DNA of 64,000 nucleotides from Eledone cirrhosa (GCA_964016885.1 OZ024740.1:172918001-172982000), one strand, 5' to 3'; positions 42,346-59,859 are shown, counted from the stretch's first letter. Notes: generated from the sequence alone by a model not told the origin. Numbers and translations: made by a program.

Positions 42346-43259
42346 GTCGATATGTGATACATACATATATACATACATATATACATGTCTGTACACAAAG
42401 AGAAGAAGAAGCTCTCAATACGTACATCCTATACAGCTTTATATTTATGTGAAAACTGAATTTACTCCGACGTTTCTCGGAGTTTTACACAAGCCCACAT
42501 GTGATGTATGGGCTTATGATCCTTCAGATAATATTGTGAATGATAGCATATAACGTTATATCTATGCGCCAACTTACGAGTGTGCTTCTTATTTGTTAAA
42601 CTGGTCACTTTGGGCTACTTGTGTTCTGCAATACCTTTTTTGTGGGGGGAGGACTATATATTTTAGAGGAACAAATCAGAAGTATCACCTTTAAGGATGA
42701 TCCGGTCTTCTAAAGTTCATTTTGGCGCGGCCAAATTTTAGAACTAAAGTTTATGAGTGTTTGGAGTGTTTGGGAATTATGGGAAATTTCCAAGAGTAAT
42801 ATTTGCTGGTGGTGGCAGATGAACAATAATTCATTTTTCAGCTCAAGAGTTATCGTCGATTACTTCAGGATCTGGGAGCATATCAGTTGAACAAATTTAA
42901 TGCGGTTTGGTTCTGACAATGATATTTCAGAGGAATTAGGGAAATAGACGTTGAATTTCTCCAGTTGCTTCATATGAATGAGTAGATATGCTGAAAACGT
43001 GTGATTGTAACTGTTCACAATTCTTATTTCAACGAGGAGTTATGCTTCATAGAAGAAGGTTTTCCAATGTATGCATTTAATTTAGCTTTCCCTTAAAAAG
43101 GTATTTCCACCGCAAAAGCATTTTATGTGATTAATTACACTTTGTCGTAGCAAAAGCTGTTTATATATTCGAAATCTTTGACTTCGTTTCTCATTACTCA
43201 GACAATTTATAAAATGAAATAATAGATATTTCGTATGGAATTTGGCTTGCAGGTAAAAT

Positions 43260-45745
<2,486 letters not shown>

Positions 45746-46440
45746 CGTGTGATGTATACGTGTGCATGTATCTACCTCTCTCTATCAATCTATCTCCCCG
45801 TTTGCCTAAACTGGAAAAGGCAATACATTTCAAGGTTATCATGGTGACAGAATTGACAGTTACAATGAAAGTGAAACTAAGAAATTTGCATCAATAATTC
45901 ACTCCTCGCGTGCTCTAATAATTGAACATAATCAAATTGAGAGTCGTATGAACGGAAATGAAGCTGCTTATTTGAAACAGCGGAATAGACCACGTCGTTT
46001 TGCCGAATAGTTCAAATAGTCAAGGAATTAGGAAAGTGATTATTGTAAAATGAATTGAATTAAACTAAAACTGAATATACAAACAAATATATTTCCAAAA
46101 TATTAGTAAACAAAGAGATTTTTTAATAGAAATTTCTATCGTTCTTCTTTATTAATTGTTTAACTTATTCCGTAGAGAATACGGCTTGTGGGCAGAATGT
46201 GTGCTCTTCATAATTTTTCATCTTCTTCAACTTTTTCTTTTGTTCTTCAGTTTCAATATGGTATTGATGAAAAATACATCAAAGAATGGCTTTAAAAGAT
46301 GAAGGGTTAAATTTTGATTATTAAATATACGTTAGAGGTATATCATTTTGTATAGATTGCTAGAAAGAAACAACTAACGAACGATAACCAGATAGATAGA
46401 GACAGACAACCAGCCATAAATATCTATATATATGTGTGCG

Positions 46441-46492
<52 letters not shown>

Positions 46493-46750
46493 TGTGTTTG
46501 TGTGTTTGTGTGTGTTTGTGTGTGTGCGTGCGCGCGCGTGTGTGTGTGGGTGTGTGTGTGTATGTGCGTGTGAGTGTGTCTGTATGTAGATAGATAGGAT
46601 CTTTTTGTTGTATAACAATTGGCATATAATTTTTGTTACTTGTACGAAATGAATGATTACAGGTTTATTTCCGCGCTCATATCAGCTTTATCGTTGACGT
46701 TTAAAGTACAAAATTCTGTTTCTATATATTTGAATAGTAGATTTAACCGT

Positions 46751-47287
46751 GGCACGACTTTTCCTTAAACGACTTTTTGTCGATCGTTTGATTGTCGAAC
46801 TACCTTTTCCCGGAGTGAGTTTTTGTCGAACAATATTTCATTGGACAATTATTTACTGGGACTATTTATAATAAAGTAAATTTATAAATATTTTTTCCTA
46901 GAATAATTTTCTAAATATATTTTCATTGAGCGACTTTCGTCGAACCTACTACATTTTATCGAAATTACTTTTATACATTATTTTGTTAAATAATTTTGAA
47001 TATAGAATAGTTTTTGATATGAAATAAAACTAGAGTTACCACCCAAAAATTTATTTAAAAGAAACAAACAGTAACGGAACTAAAAATCTTTCATAAGTTC
47101 AATACAATATTCGACCATTAACATCATAGTATCCAAGTATAACGTCCTTTAATTGTTTGTTCGTTGCATCATAACATCCTTTTATTGATGAATCAATCTA
47201 CAAAGTGTTTTGTTTTGTTTTTCCTAATGAAAAGCCGCTCGATGAAAAGTTCTTTCTATGGAAGAGCGGTCGATGAAATGTCGTGGC
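46751..47287. mobile_element. Putative MITE/foldback element with imperfect TIRs and ~20-nt subterminal repeats
   Basis: ggcacgacttttc ... gaaatgtcgtggc. Internal cgactttt(t)gtcga(a/t)c repeats. Confidence 0.5.
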
Positions 47288-49349
47288 GTTGTTTCAAAAT
47301 TATCACTTCACCCTTGAATGTCTTTAACGGGGTCCACTTTGTCTCAGGCATTTAGATAAGGAATCTGGCCTGAAGATAACTTTTTCGATGCATCAATTTC
47401 TCATACTGCATCAATAGCCGAGTCTTGATTTATGATTTACCTTCCCTACCAGTCTTAGAAGCCTTGCATAGGTTCATCGGCTTGTCCTTCTTCTTATGGC
47501 TGTGTCTGTCATTTTACAAACAAACCTGAAATATACTAGAAGACATTTTAATTATTATTCTTGAGACTGTATTATCAGGAGAAATTCTTGACAATTTCTT
47601 TTTAGCTTCATTGTCAAATATTATTCTAAGAAAAAAAGTTAGCATTAAAGTTCATAATTTTTATTACTTAATTACCCGACACAGTATAAGCAATTGTTAA
47701 GTGTTGAGTGTGGTAGTTTATCTGTTCAACGCTGGTTTAGTATATCTATAGGCAATCTATTTTAAGCGGAATGAGCAAACGCCGTCACTATTGCGAGGAT
47801 ATCCCGGTATAGACAAAGGTACCTAAAAGTATCAACCCTGCGGTTTGATTAAAGAGCTCAGTTCAAAATTCTGAAACGTTACCGAACGCGACAGGGATGT
47901 GAAGAAGACCGGAGGGTACAACTGGCAAAACAAGCATATATTCACACATGCGTATACATACATGAAATCAAATTTTAGACATACACACACTCACATTCAC
48001 ACACAAAATCTGCATGCGTATATGAAATGTTAAAAATATATTTTATATTTATTTTAAAATATCTCATGTGAAAGTAAACAATCTGCAACACAACTAGAAC
48101 GATGACGACTTACAATGACAAAAAAAAAATGTAAGTCCTTGACTAACAATAGTTTCTTTTCCACATCACATAATGTGATATATTCTAATGCTCTCTGCAT
48201 TAAATAAGTTAAAACTAACCTCATTTACATGGCTTTCCCGAGCAACCAATGTACAATCTTGAACATTTACTCAGTGACCTCTCCGAAGATATCCAACGGC
48301 AATGTAGTGGTGTTTAACTTGGCTACTATTCTGTTTGCCACATAAGTTTGCCATAGCAGGGTTTCTACTCAAAAAAGAAAGAACCAGAACAAATGTCGCA
48401 TACCGGTATTTAATTTAGCGACCCCGAAAGGATGAAAGGCAAAGTTGACCTTGGCGAGATTTTAGCTCAGAGTTCAGACCGTCAATGAATAATATAATGT
48501 AGATTAATAAAAAATAATATAGCTCCAAAAATATCGCAAGAGTATTTAAGACGGCCCTGCACCCTGCAGTATAATAATTTCTTTATTAGTCACTGGGTCC
48601 CAAAACATTGAGGACAATACGATAAACAGGGACTGTGGGTTTTGCATATAGACGTGTAAACAGAAAAAAACAGGTAATAAATAACATCAATTTGATAACA
48701 ACAGAATTCCCCAATACCAAGCAGATGCCGCTTTGAGACGATCCAGCCTCTGAAGACGGAACCAAAATAATAATGGTAATAATTTGTCACATGGCCACAA
48801 TTTTGCTGCTGACATGGACATTCATATTTTGATTTGCGTGTGGAGAGCGAAAGAGATGATGGGGGAAAAGATTAAGCAGAGTGAAAAATGAAGTCAAGTG
48901 GAAAAGTTGAAGCTGTGGCGCATATTCATTGTTTTTCCAAGTACTTGGCATAACTACCCGGCCTTGCTCGAGTTTATTGAAAGCACCAGAAACATTTATA
49001 TGGTTCATGAACTTTTCTTTGAAAAGTATTATTATCCAAAAATCCACCTACCTAGGTGAAAAATGTGGCACTACATTCATATATTCAGTTTTATATATTG
49101 AGATCAATATTATTTTCTGTTTATGCTTGTATAGAGAAGAATATATACAACAAAATTTGAGAAAAACTCATATAGCTTAAAAGGATTTCCTCTAAAAGTT
49201 GTACTTATATGTCACATTTCAGCTACGTATGTGTAAAAAAAAACTAGTTTAATCTTGGCATATACATGTTTATATTCACTTTTATTTATTACGATACGTG
49301 GGAATGTTTTTCGAATAAAATATAGTGTAATAAGAGATACGAGAAAATA

Positions 49350-49550
49350 TGGTCGTAGATTTACAGAATTGGTAGAGTGTGGTATTTGTTCTGGCGCTTT
49401 GCATTATGAGTTCAAATCCTGCTGAGGTCAACTTTGCCTTTCATCATTCCGGGGTTGATAAAATAAAATACCAGTCAAGTACTAGGGTTGATTCAATCAA
49501 CTTTGCACTTCTACCAGATTTGCTAGTCTTGTGTCTAAATTAGAAATCAA
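49350..49550 (+). mobile_element. SINE copy (others at ~48400-48570, 51730-51910, 56390-56600, 62473-62538)
   Basis: gagttcaaatcctgctgaggtcaactttgcctttcatc..ggggttgataaaataaaataccag. Confidence 0.75.
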
Positions 49551-50330
49551 AATAACAGAAAATATAATATAATGAAATAAAACACACAAAATAAAACAAA
49601 TTAAAAGAAACACTGCAACTGATCATCAGAAGACTCGATATCCCCGCATAAGAAACTGGAGTAAAAAAAATGTAAAACCACACAAAAACAATAGTTAAAT
49701 AAACAAATGGATAAATATACCAACAAGCTGAAACAGAACAAAAAAGAAATAAACGGCAAGCTCTTCAAGAAAACAATGTTATATTCATCGGGCTTCAACT
49801 TACAAGTTGAAGGGGATTGATTGTTGCGCCGTAAACATTAAATATTCAAACATGTCAATTGTTTTGAGCAAAGGCAGCGATTTCACAATGGTAAATTGAA
49901 AATACACAAACATGTGCATGCATTGCTCACCCATACAAACAAGTTCAGGCATTAATATAGTCACGTTTATAGTTACAGACACACGAATACATACGCATAT
50001 ATTCATAAACAAGGATACACTCACACACACATATACACACACACATACATACACATACGCGCGCAAACAAACAATACGAAAAATTACATCTAAATGTGCA
50101 CACATACACACACACACGCATATAGTCATGTATGCATAAACACACAAAGCTAAACACAAAATTAAATGCGGGTATACACGTAAACATACTAACAGTCCTA
50201 TACTCACCTGTATGTATACATACACTCACATACAGACATGTACACATATACACTCACATACAGACACGCACACACACACGTACATCAAAACCTACATACA
50301 AAATGTATGTGTATATGTATGTGTGTGTGT

Positions 50331-50412
<82 letters not shown>

Positions 50413-51025
50413 CGTGCGTGTGTATGTGTGCGTGCGTGCGTACACATGCTCGGAATTTCTTACATAAACAGACAGAATAAATTAAAATTTAGAGAAGCAC
50501 ATAATTACACACACAGAAACAAATACATAAACATATACAAGCACAAAACTCGCAAGCATACATTCACGAATGCATATACAAAGATGAAATCAAAATTTAG
50601 ACACACACATACATAGATGAACGCAAACGCACATACACATTCATACACAAATGCAACTATCTACATACAAATTTAGAGAATGACACATACATACGCGTAC
50701 ATATATAAATACAAACACATTCACATATGCATACACACACGTAAACAAAGATGAAATAAAGCCTAAGCCCCTTTACTACCAACACCACCGCCACACACTC
50801 ATATACATACAAAAGGAAAATGTTCACAAATAAACTCCCAGGTACGCACTCCCACGCACGCATATATACAGACACATACAATTACATAAACGCACAAATA
50901 TAGGTACTCACAAAATCACACAAACACACACATGCATATCATTAGCAAGAAATAGCATACAACAGTGGCAGAAACTACACACACATATTGAGAGAGAGAA
51001 ATAGAGAAGAGATAGAAGAGAGAGG

Positions 51026-51095
<70 letters not shown>

Positions 51096-51329
51096 GACTA
51101 AAAACAACTTCAACAGCAATAGTGACAACACAGAACAACAACAACAGTAGCCGAAATAACAACAACGACAACAACAACGATAAAAACAATGACGATGACA
51201 AAAAATGAAACACAAATTAGGTAAAAAATGGGCAAAAAAGTTTCTGGTTATTCCTTCACCTGTTAGCAGACGATAAGGGAAAAAACACATAGAGGTTAAA
51301 AGTGAGGACAAAACTCCTCGTCCACCTCC

Positions 51330-51331
51330 TT

Positions 51332-51390
<59 letters not shown>

Positions 51391-51393
51391 ATG

Positions 51394-51440
<47 letters not shown>

Positions 51441-51530
51441 GTTGCTGCTGTACTACTACTATTGCTGCTGCTGCTACTACTGCTGCTACTACTGCTGCTG
51501 CTACTGCTCTTGCTGCTGCTGCTGCTGCTG

Positions 51531-51604
<74 letters not shown>

Positions 51605-51650
51605 GTTACTGGTACTGCTATTACTACTTCTACTGCTTCTGCTGGTGTTG
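51330..51650. repeat. (CTA)n/(CTG)n trinucleotide microsatellite
   Basis: Direct inspection. Confidence 0.95.
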
Positions 51651-52588
51651 GTGACGCAACGTTTGCAACACTTGTTATTTATTATTAGAACTGCGTTTTT
51701 TTTTAGGAGGGAGAGAGGAGAGGTATCCATGGCGCTTTTCAGGGTCGAATATCTGACCCCCCCCCCCCCCAATCCTTGTAACCAGGTAGACTCTGCTAAA
51801 TACATACAATCTAACACACAAGTGAGACATGGCGGGATTTGAAATTAAAACGTACAAAGCAGAAACAGATACCGCAAGGCATCTTATCATCGATCGCTCT
51901 AGTGTTTCTACTTAGCCACCTCTCTGGAGTGGTAATTTATTTATCGACAACGGAATGATGAATGCCGTGTCGTGTGTAGTTTTACTTAAATGTACGTATA
52001 TTTACGGTAATGTAGGGTGTGACACCTTCTTCATATAAGATTTGTAATCTTTGAAAAACTTTGAAATGTTTACATTCGTTTACAATTCTTTGACAATAAT
52101 GTTGGATAACATCCATGAGATTGGTTGGTCTCACTTGGGGATCCAACCGGATCATTTGAAGACGGTTGCTTCTGATAGGACTCTCTGAAAGCGTGTCTGA
52201 GGACTCTGTCGCCAAGAAGAAGAAGAAGAAGAAGAAGGAGAAAATGATAATGACGATGATGATGATGATGACGACGATGTATGCATTTACTACAAAGACA
52301 ACAGAAAAAAATTCGGTTAAGGATAAAGTGCTCTCATAATATCTATAACTTACATGCCTGCTAACCGCTGAACATAAACCAAATCCAACTTGCTTACTCT
52401 AACTTTCTTTGCTCTTCCAACATTGAACAAAACAGAACATTTTCTGAAAAAAGAGCTGTGGGTTTTGAAAGATCAGGACGGTGTTGATTGGAATATAACA
52501 AACAGGATTAGTTAGTACCTAGGGTAATGTTAGCCTTGTGATGATGACTTTTAACTTAATATGATCTACTAATACTACCACTGCTGCT

Positions 52589-52622
<34 letters not shown>

Positions 52623-53378
52623 AGGAGGAGGAGGAGGAGGAGGAGGAGGAGGAGGAGGAGGAGGAGGAGAAGGAGGAGGAGGAGGGGGGGGGGGGTGACA
52701 ATTACAAGGACTATAACACTAATGAAGGTAATGCTGGTGTTATTGTAATCGACAGTCTGGATATTGTACTTCATCATCACTACCACCAGCAGCATCAAGA
52801 AGAAAAAAAAGTAGGAGGAAGCGGAGAAGAAGAAGAAGAAAACCAGTGCAAACGACAATATTAGTAACAATAGCAACTACAACAGTAAAAACCAACAACA
52901 ACTGCAACAACAGTGAGAGTCCAGAAGAAAAGAAAGTCGTAGACGTAAAAGAGTTTGCAATTGAACTATAAGAAAACACGCCTGAACGACTCTTTTCAAG
53001 ATGTTGAATGAATAAGAGGAATTGAAAAGAAACTTACAGAAAGACTTCCTGCACGACGAAAATTGTAAACATATAAAGAAAGAAAGAAGGAAAGAAAGAA
53101 GAAGTAAATAGAAAAAAAACGAAACAGTGGATAAAAGGATCGCAAAAACAGCGGGGAAGGGTTGATTGAATGTGCAAGATAGGTAGAGAAGGACACAAAG
53201 CGAGTGAGAGAGAGAGAGTGAAAGAAAAGTATGGCTGAGAGAGTGGGGAGAGGGAAGACAAGTGAGGGACCGCCAAGAAAAAAGACTGCAGGCAAATACT
53301 CTTGACTTTGTATAATGTTGCGATTATATATATATATATATATATATAAATATATATACTGACTTATCTACCAACCTA

Positions 53379-53495
<117 letters not shown>

Positions 53496-53580
53496 AGAGG
53501 TTATATTTAATTTGTTGGGATACAACAAGCAAAATATTTTTATAACTGATATAAAGCACTCAACAAATTATTGGAGTAAA

Positions 53581-53912
53581 TATACAATATATTAACAAAT
53601 GGAAACTATATTTATAAAACCATATTTATTTCATTATACATATTTCAAGGGCCACCAGAGCAAACCATGGTGCGCTTTCATCAGATAAAATATAATATAG
53701 GTTAGTTTTATAAATAAATATTGACACACCCAGGAGATTCCAACCAGAATGGTTGCATTTTTTAAGGGTATGTCAATATTTATTTATAAAACTAACCTAT
53801 ATTATATTTTATCTGATGAAAGCGCACCTTAGTTCGCTCTGGTGGCCGGCCCTTGAAATATGTATAATGAAATAAATATGGTTTTATAAATATAGTTTCC
53901 ATTTGCTAATAT

Positions 53913-53920
<8 letters not shown>
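53581..53920. repeat. Fold-back palindrome with intact HHR in each arm (53628-53691 minus, 53806-53873 plus)
   Basis: attttat-CTGATGA-aagcgcacc...ggtggcc..ctt-GAAA-tatgta-TA-atgaaat. Confidence 0.82.
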
Positions 53921-53995
<75 letters not shown>

Positions 53996-54001
<6 letters not shown>

Positions 54002-54268
54002 CAAATTAAAGTTTAAGCAAAGAATCGCTGCTTTGATCCTTAACGGGATCTTCTGAAACTAAAAAAAGTCAATCTGTGAACGCAAAAGTAAATATTTCAA
54101 AAAAACGTTGCAGCCGGTGGAAGACAGGAAGACGACACTTTGGTTCGTGGAAACGTTCCCTGGCAAAGAACGGAAAAAACGAAGATAATACGTTATTATT
54201 TGGATCGGTGAAAACAATTACAAATATTTGCTCTACGGTTCTTATATATTTATCCTTATCGAGCCCTC
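53996..54268 (-). mobile_element. Family D copy (CAGAAGA core, GAAA mutated to CAAA)
   Basis: Matches 32938-33135 and continues into the sequence seen at 39421. Confidence 0.72.
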
Positions 54269-54311
54269 TTTGGATTTTAGTCTTCAAATTTATTATTATT
54301 ACTATATATAT

Positions 54312-54356
<45 letters not shown>

Positions 54357-54469
54357 GGAGGAGAAATAGATTCATTGATAAGTATACATAAATAGATAAA
54401 GATAGATTGGCAGCTAGGAAGACGAACAGGTATATAGAGGTAGGAAGGAAGATATCAAATTACCATTTC

Positions 54470-55830
54470 CCAAACAAATCTACCAAACAGTGGTTGCTAC
54501 ATGACATCTTACATTATATCATTACCTGGAAGAGAGACCTCCAGGATATCTGCTCTGTAGGAATAATGCGTAGTGCAGAATGTGGTACAGACCACAAACT
54601 TGTGGTAAGATGAAGGTGTAGATCAGAAGAAAATTGAGGGCTGCAGGGGTACAAGTACCAAAACGTATAGATGTGTCAAAACTACAAAGTGTAGAAATGC
54701 GAGATGCTCTTCAAAATGCACTTGACCAAGTTGTCTTTGATGGAACCTGGGAACAGTTTAAAACACATGTTTACAGTGTTAGGGCTGATGCACTTGGTCT
54801 TAAGAAGATAAAACAGACTGGTTGGATGACAATGATCCTGAAATCACCATGTTCATTTAAGAGAAGAACAAATTGTATGAGAAGTGCCTTATTGCAGAGA
54901 GTCCAGTGAGGACCACTTTTGTGGGAGCCTCCAAAGAAGCAAAATCAAAACTGCAAAGTAAAGCACAAAAGATAAAGAACAACTGGTGGTTTGAGATTTT
55001 AGCAGAGATGCAAAGACTTTTTTTAAATCGGGGTATCACGAGAAATACAAAGCTCCCTGTGTATGAGGCCTGCATTGTTACAGCACTGCTATACAAATGC
55101 GAAATTTGCAGGCATTATATCAGGTAGTTGGAAAGATATCTGCGTTACTTCAGAAAGCGGATAGCACCAGTATTGAGAGGAGGATTATTATGGACCAGAT
55201 GCGTTGGGCTGGTCATGTGATCAGGATGGAATACGGAAGGCTGCCTAAACTGTTATTTTATAGGTAGCTGACGAAGGAAAAAAGGCCACAGCTTAAACCA
55301 AAGAAGCGGTTTAAGGATGTCATTTAAAACTATGTCAAAGCGCTGAAGATTGATATGGAGAACTGGTAGAGACTGGCTAAATGAGAAAAATCATCAAATA
55401 TGGATGTGAAGTCTTTCAGGAAAAACGAGTGGATCATGCTGTTTTGACGCGTTAACTTCGTAAGCAGGACTCAAGTGCAGTGCCTGCAAAACTCCAGTAG
55501 GAATTGGGTTACAATGTATGTGGCTGATTTCTTCTATCAAGAGTTGGTTTTGTTAACCATCTGAAATCATACGAGCCAGAAAGAAATCGAGCCAACTGTG
55601 AGATGGTTCTACCGCCACATACTCCACGGGACAGTGCGTGTAGCTTAATTTACAAGTCAGCTGGTGGACTGACCAGACATGGTAAAATGCATGAAGAAAC
55701 ACCCCAGCCAGTATTGCAAGGAGAAAGACAGTTCACGTGTCACATCTATAAACGTAACTGCAAAACAAAAGCGGGCCTGAAAAGTCAGCTGCGTGCACAT
55801 GATCATGCAATGTTCAATGAAGCTATGGTA
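54470..55830 (+). pseudogene. Heavily decayed, internally deleted RTE LINE with C-terminal C2H2 fingers
   Basis: SAECGTDHKLV, TKLPVYEACIVTALLY.CE, MRWAGHV.RM..GRLPK, KPKKRFKD, C...YKSAGGLTRH...H, CKTKAGLKSQLRAH. Confidence 0.75.
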
Positions 55831-56639
55831 CTCTTCTGACAAAGAATATTTAGTATTCCATCAAAAGTTTGACTTTGTTCCTGAAAATTTTGAAAATTTG
55901 AAAGGTTTCTCTGCAATATCTCTTAATTTCTGTTTTCAGTTAGTTAAAATCAATCATGGCTATGTAGTTAAGACATTCATTTCGCAACTGCATGGTTTCA
56001 TATTCGATCCTACTACATGGTACCTTGGGGAAGTACCTTCTACTATAACTACGGGCCGGCCAAAGCTTTGTGAATTAAATAGGACAGATAGAATCTGGAC
56101 GGAAGCCCATAGAGGGGACCGTTCCTGCTCTTGGGTTATTGATTAAATCCATGTCAACCACATCACCACTACAAGTACACCTTCAGTGAAGTTAATTTTA
56201 TTGCATGTTTTCGTGTCAGACCTCCAGTCTGAGATTGACGTCCTTTACATTCTTGGCATATGTTTTGGAGGCCCCTTCATCTAACTAACCCGTTAATAGG
56301 GGGAACAAAACAATTATAGAATCATAATGATAAGTCACTTTTAAATCGACCTCATATAAATGTTTTCGGTTATTAAATAAACAACAATAAAAGTATTGAT
56401 TTCTAGCATTGGCACAGGGCCACAAGTTCTAGAGGCGGTGTACAATAGACTGAATCGATCATAGCATATGGTTACTATTTATATTATTGATCCCGGTAGA
56501 TGCATGAAAAACAATGTCGATTCTGGTAGGATTCTTACTCAGATCGAAAAACGACGATACTAAAGTCTCCAATGTGTTTTGTACTACTTTCTTCTATTGT
56601 TTCTACTTGCTTCAGAAATGAACAATTAGATTTGTATAT

Positions 56640-56704
<65 letters not shown>

Positions 56705-56708
56705 GAGA

Positions 56709-56785
<77 letters not shown>

Positions 56786-56821
56786 ATGAAATCGAAAATG
56801 CAACTGAAGTCTTATTTTTTT

Positions 56822-57665
56822 TTAAATATATATATTTATTTGTTCCTTTACCGGTTTCGCAGTTCTCCTGCTTTTCAAAAGTAGAGTTGAGATGGAGGGT
56901 CTGTGGTTTTTCTCACATCTGGTTGGTCTTTGAATGTTACTTGTTTTATATGGAAAAAAAGTGGCTCGAAACGCCAGGTTTTTAGAGAAGTAATTTGATT
57001 GGTTGGTCAATAAGTCTAATAAATTTCGCGCCAGTTCGCGTTACAAAGTTCTTCAAACAAGGGGGGGGGCGTTCACGCTCTTTTTTCATATATGAGTGTT
57101 TGAATTTCTTTTTACTTCAAAAAAAAGGGGCTCACGAAGGCTTTTTTTTATAAATGTAATTTGATTGGGTTATAAATGAAATTATGGCTGTCACTTAAAT
57201 TTCGCGCTCGTATATGGAAATTTAATTTGTAGCCTTTTAGAGAATTTTATGACAAACGTAAGATAATGGTCAAGAGAAATGGGATGGGAGAATTGTTCTG
57301 GTTCAGTGAATATAGCAGGTTGTTTTTTCATATATGAGTGAAGTTTGGTTGGTTGATATAGTCACGTGACTAAGTATATCAGCTTTCGCGTAAGTTTGTT
57401 TGAATTTCTTTTTACTTCAAAAAAAGGGGCTCACGAAGGCTTTTTTTAATAAATATAATTTGATTGGTTATAAATGAAATTATGACTGTCACGTGAACAA
57501 ATTCATTAAATTTCACGCCCGTATTTGGGAATTTATTTTGTAGCCTTTTAGAGAATTTTATGGCAAGCAAAATATAATGGTCAAGAGAAATGGGATGGGA
57601 GAATTGTTCTGGTTCAGTGAATATGGTTGGTTCGCTGGGGGTGTCAGAATTCAGATTCTCTATTG
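56822..57665. repeat. Unclassified repeat with internal direct duplication of ~250-300 bp
   Basis: 57081-57315 versus 57323-57625. Confidence 0.6.
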
Positions 57666-57704
57666 AAATAAAGAAAGTAAAGATATGTATGTTTATTTGT
57701 GTGC

Positions 57705-57778
<74 letters not shown>

Positions 57779-57820
57779 CTTCGATCGACTATAGCCCTTC
57801 TGCACTAATATTTAGCCTTG

Positions 57821-57872
<52 letters not shown>

Positions 57873-57876
<4 letters not shown>

Positions 57877-58067
57877 TTATTCCGGGTTGAATCGGAGGTA
57901 AGTAAGGTACTCAATACATAGCAGAGTATAACTGTTTTAATATAGAAGAGCTTCTACAGGACTAAAACTGTTTTATTCGTGAGAAATCATCAGGAAGCCC
58001 TGATGAATCATCAGAGCTTCCTGGTGATTTCTCACGAATGAAACAGTTCTAGTCCTGTAGAAGCTCT

Positions 58068-58070
<3 letters not shown>
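57873..58070. repeat. Small HHR fold-back element; each arm has one core mutation
   Basis: Left arm CTGATGA...AAAA, right arm CTGGTGA...GAAA. Same family as 59597-59805. Confidence 0.75.
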
Positions 58071-58157
<87 letters not shown>

Positions 58158-58644
58158 TGAAGTAACTCGGAAAAATAGCGGGGAATAGTGTTGCTGAGCT
58201 CCAGAGCAGCACTAGTTCGAATAGGTCCCCAACCCTCTGTAATGAAGTAAAAAGGAAGAATATTCATGACATGATCAAGAATTTAAATTATCGAATACAT
58301 CCCCTTATTATATACTTTCATATACACATTAATATAATGAGAAATCAATAGATGAAATTATATCATTTATTAGTTTCTAAATATATTCGTGTGAATGTAT
58401 TCACTCAACAAGTTGCATAAGATTATGCAGAATTTTTCCTAAGTCATCATTTACGTAACGTAATTTTTAAGCCTTAGCTAATACTAGCAGAATGGCCCGG
58501 CGTTGCTCGGGATTTGCTCTAGGGTTCTTATATATTTTATATATATTTATCCTTATCGAGCCTCGGGAAATAAATACGTTTGTTTATATTTTGTTATTGT
58601 GTACGCAAAAATATCTGTACACAAATATATAATTATATATATAT

Positions 58645-59555
58645 ATATTGTTATACTTGGGGAGGGTCATATTTGTGTAATAATATTGCCAGAATTAATA
58701 ACAGAACACACTCACTGTTTGGTTGGTTTCCGCTTGTGTGTCTTTTATATCGGTTAATTTAATTTATTCGGTCCTCAATGTTACCATTGACTGACCAACA
58801 TGCCAGACAACAACACGACGGTAACATAGACAACATAGAAATTAGAATAATATCTAAACATAGAAATGACCCAGCAGATAGGCAAATCAGAGAGGCCAGC
58901 GAAATAGAACTTAGAAGGCCAAGGCTAAACAGAAAAAATGAATGGAATAACAACAACACCCAAACAAACAACACTGACCTAAGAGAAGTATGAATAAATA
59001 AATAAATAAATAAATACATACACAAGCACAATAATAACAAATACATATAAACACACACTAGTAAACTAAGATAGAATACAATAACCAATACACAGAATAC
59101 AATAACCAATACCCAAACACGAACACACATCAAACAAAACACTATACACACACGCAAACGCATGCGCAGAGAAGACAAAAAATAAACAAATAAATAAATA
59201 AACAAACTAAATAAAGATGGCGTAAGCATACAATGCAACGGGAGGAAACATAATAGCACCACTGACGATGTGCAGATGTGCAACGAAAGAACTTTGTTAG
59301 ACTATATATATGTGTTTGTGTCTATATTGTATCTGTACTTTTGACCGTTGGTCAGTCAATGGTAACATTGAGGACCGAATAAATTAAATTAACCGATATA
59401 AAAGACACAGAAGCGAAAACCAACCAAACAGTGAGTGTGTTCTGTTATTAATTCTGGCAATATTATTACACAAATATGACCCTCCCTAAGTATAACAATA
59501 TTTGTTTCGACACACGATTTCATATCAAAAACCTCGCAAAACTAATTCATCGCCG

Positions 59556-59557
<2 letters not shown>
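58645..59557 (+). mobile_element. 5'-truncated PLE (GIY-YIG C-terminus plus 3' region, HHR at ~59258-59297) with inverted terminal copy 58645-58798
   Basis: HARQQHDG..EIRIISKH..RQIREASEIELRRPRLNRKNEW. 58645-58798 is the reverse complement of ~59345-59500. Confidence 0.8.
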
Positions 59558-59596
<39 letters not shown>

Positions 59597-59599
<3 letters not shown>

Positions 59600-59800
59600 G
59601 TAGGTCCCGGGTTGAGTCGGGGATAACCACAGTAAGTAAGGTACTCAATACATGGCAGAGTAAAATTTTTTTATTTTATAGAAGGAGCTTCTAGAGGACT
59701 AGTACTGTTTCATTCAGATGAAATCTTCAGGAAGCTCTTCCTGAAAGTGCTTCCTGAAGATTTCATCTGAATGAAACAGTACTAGTCCTGTAGAAGCTCC

Positions 59801-59805
<5 letters not shown>
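59597..59805. repeat. Small HHR fold-back element in (TA)n, intact HHR at 59749-59797 (+)
   Basis: gcttc-CTGAAGA-tttcatctgaat-GAAA-cag tactagtc ctg-TA-gaagc. Confidence 0.83.
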
Positions 59806-59859
<54 letters not shown>

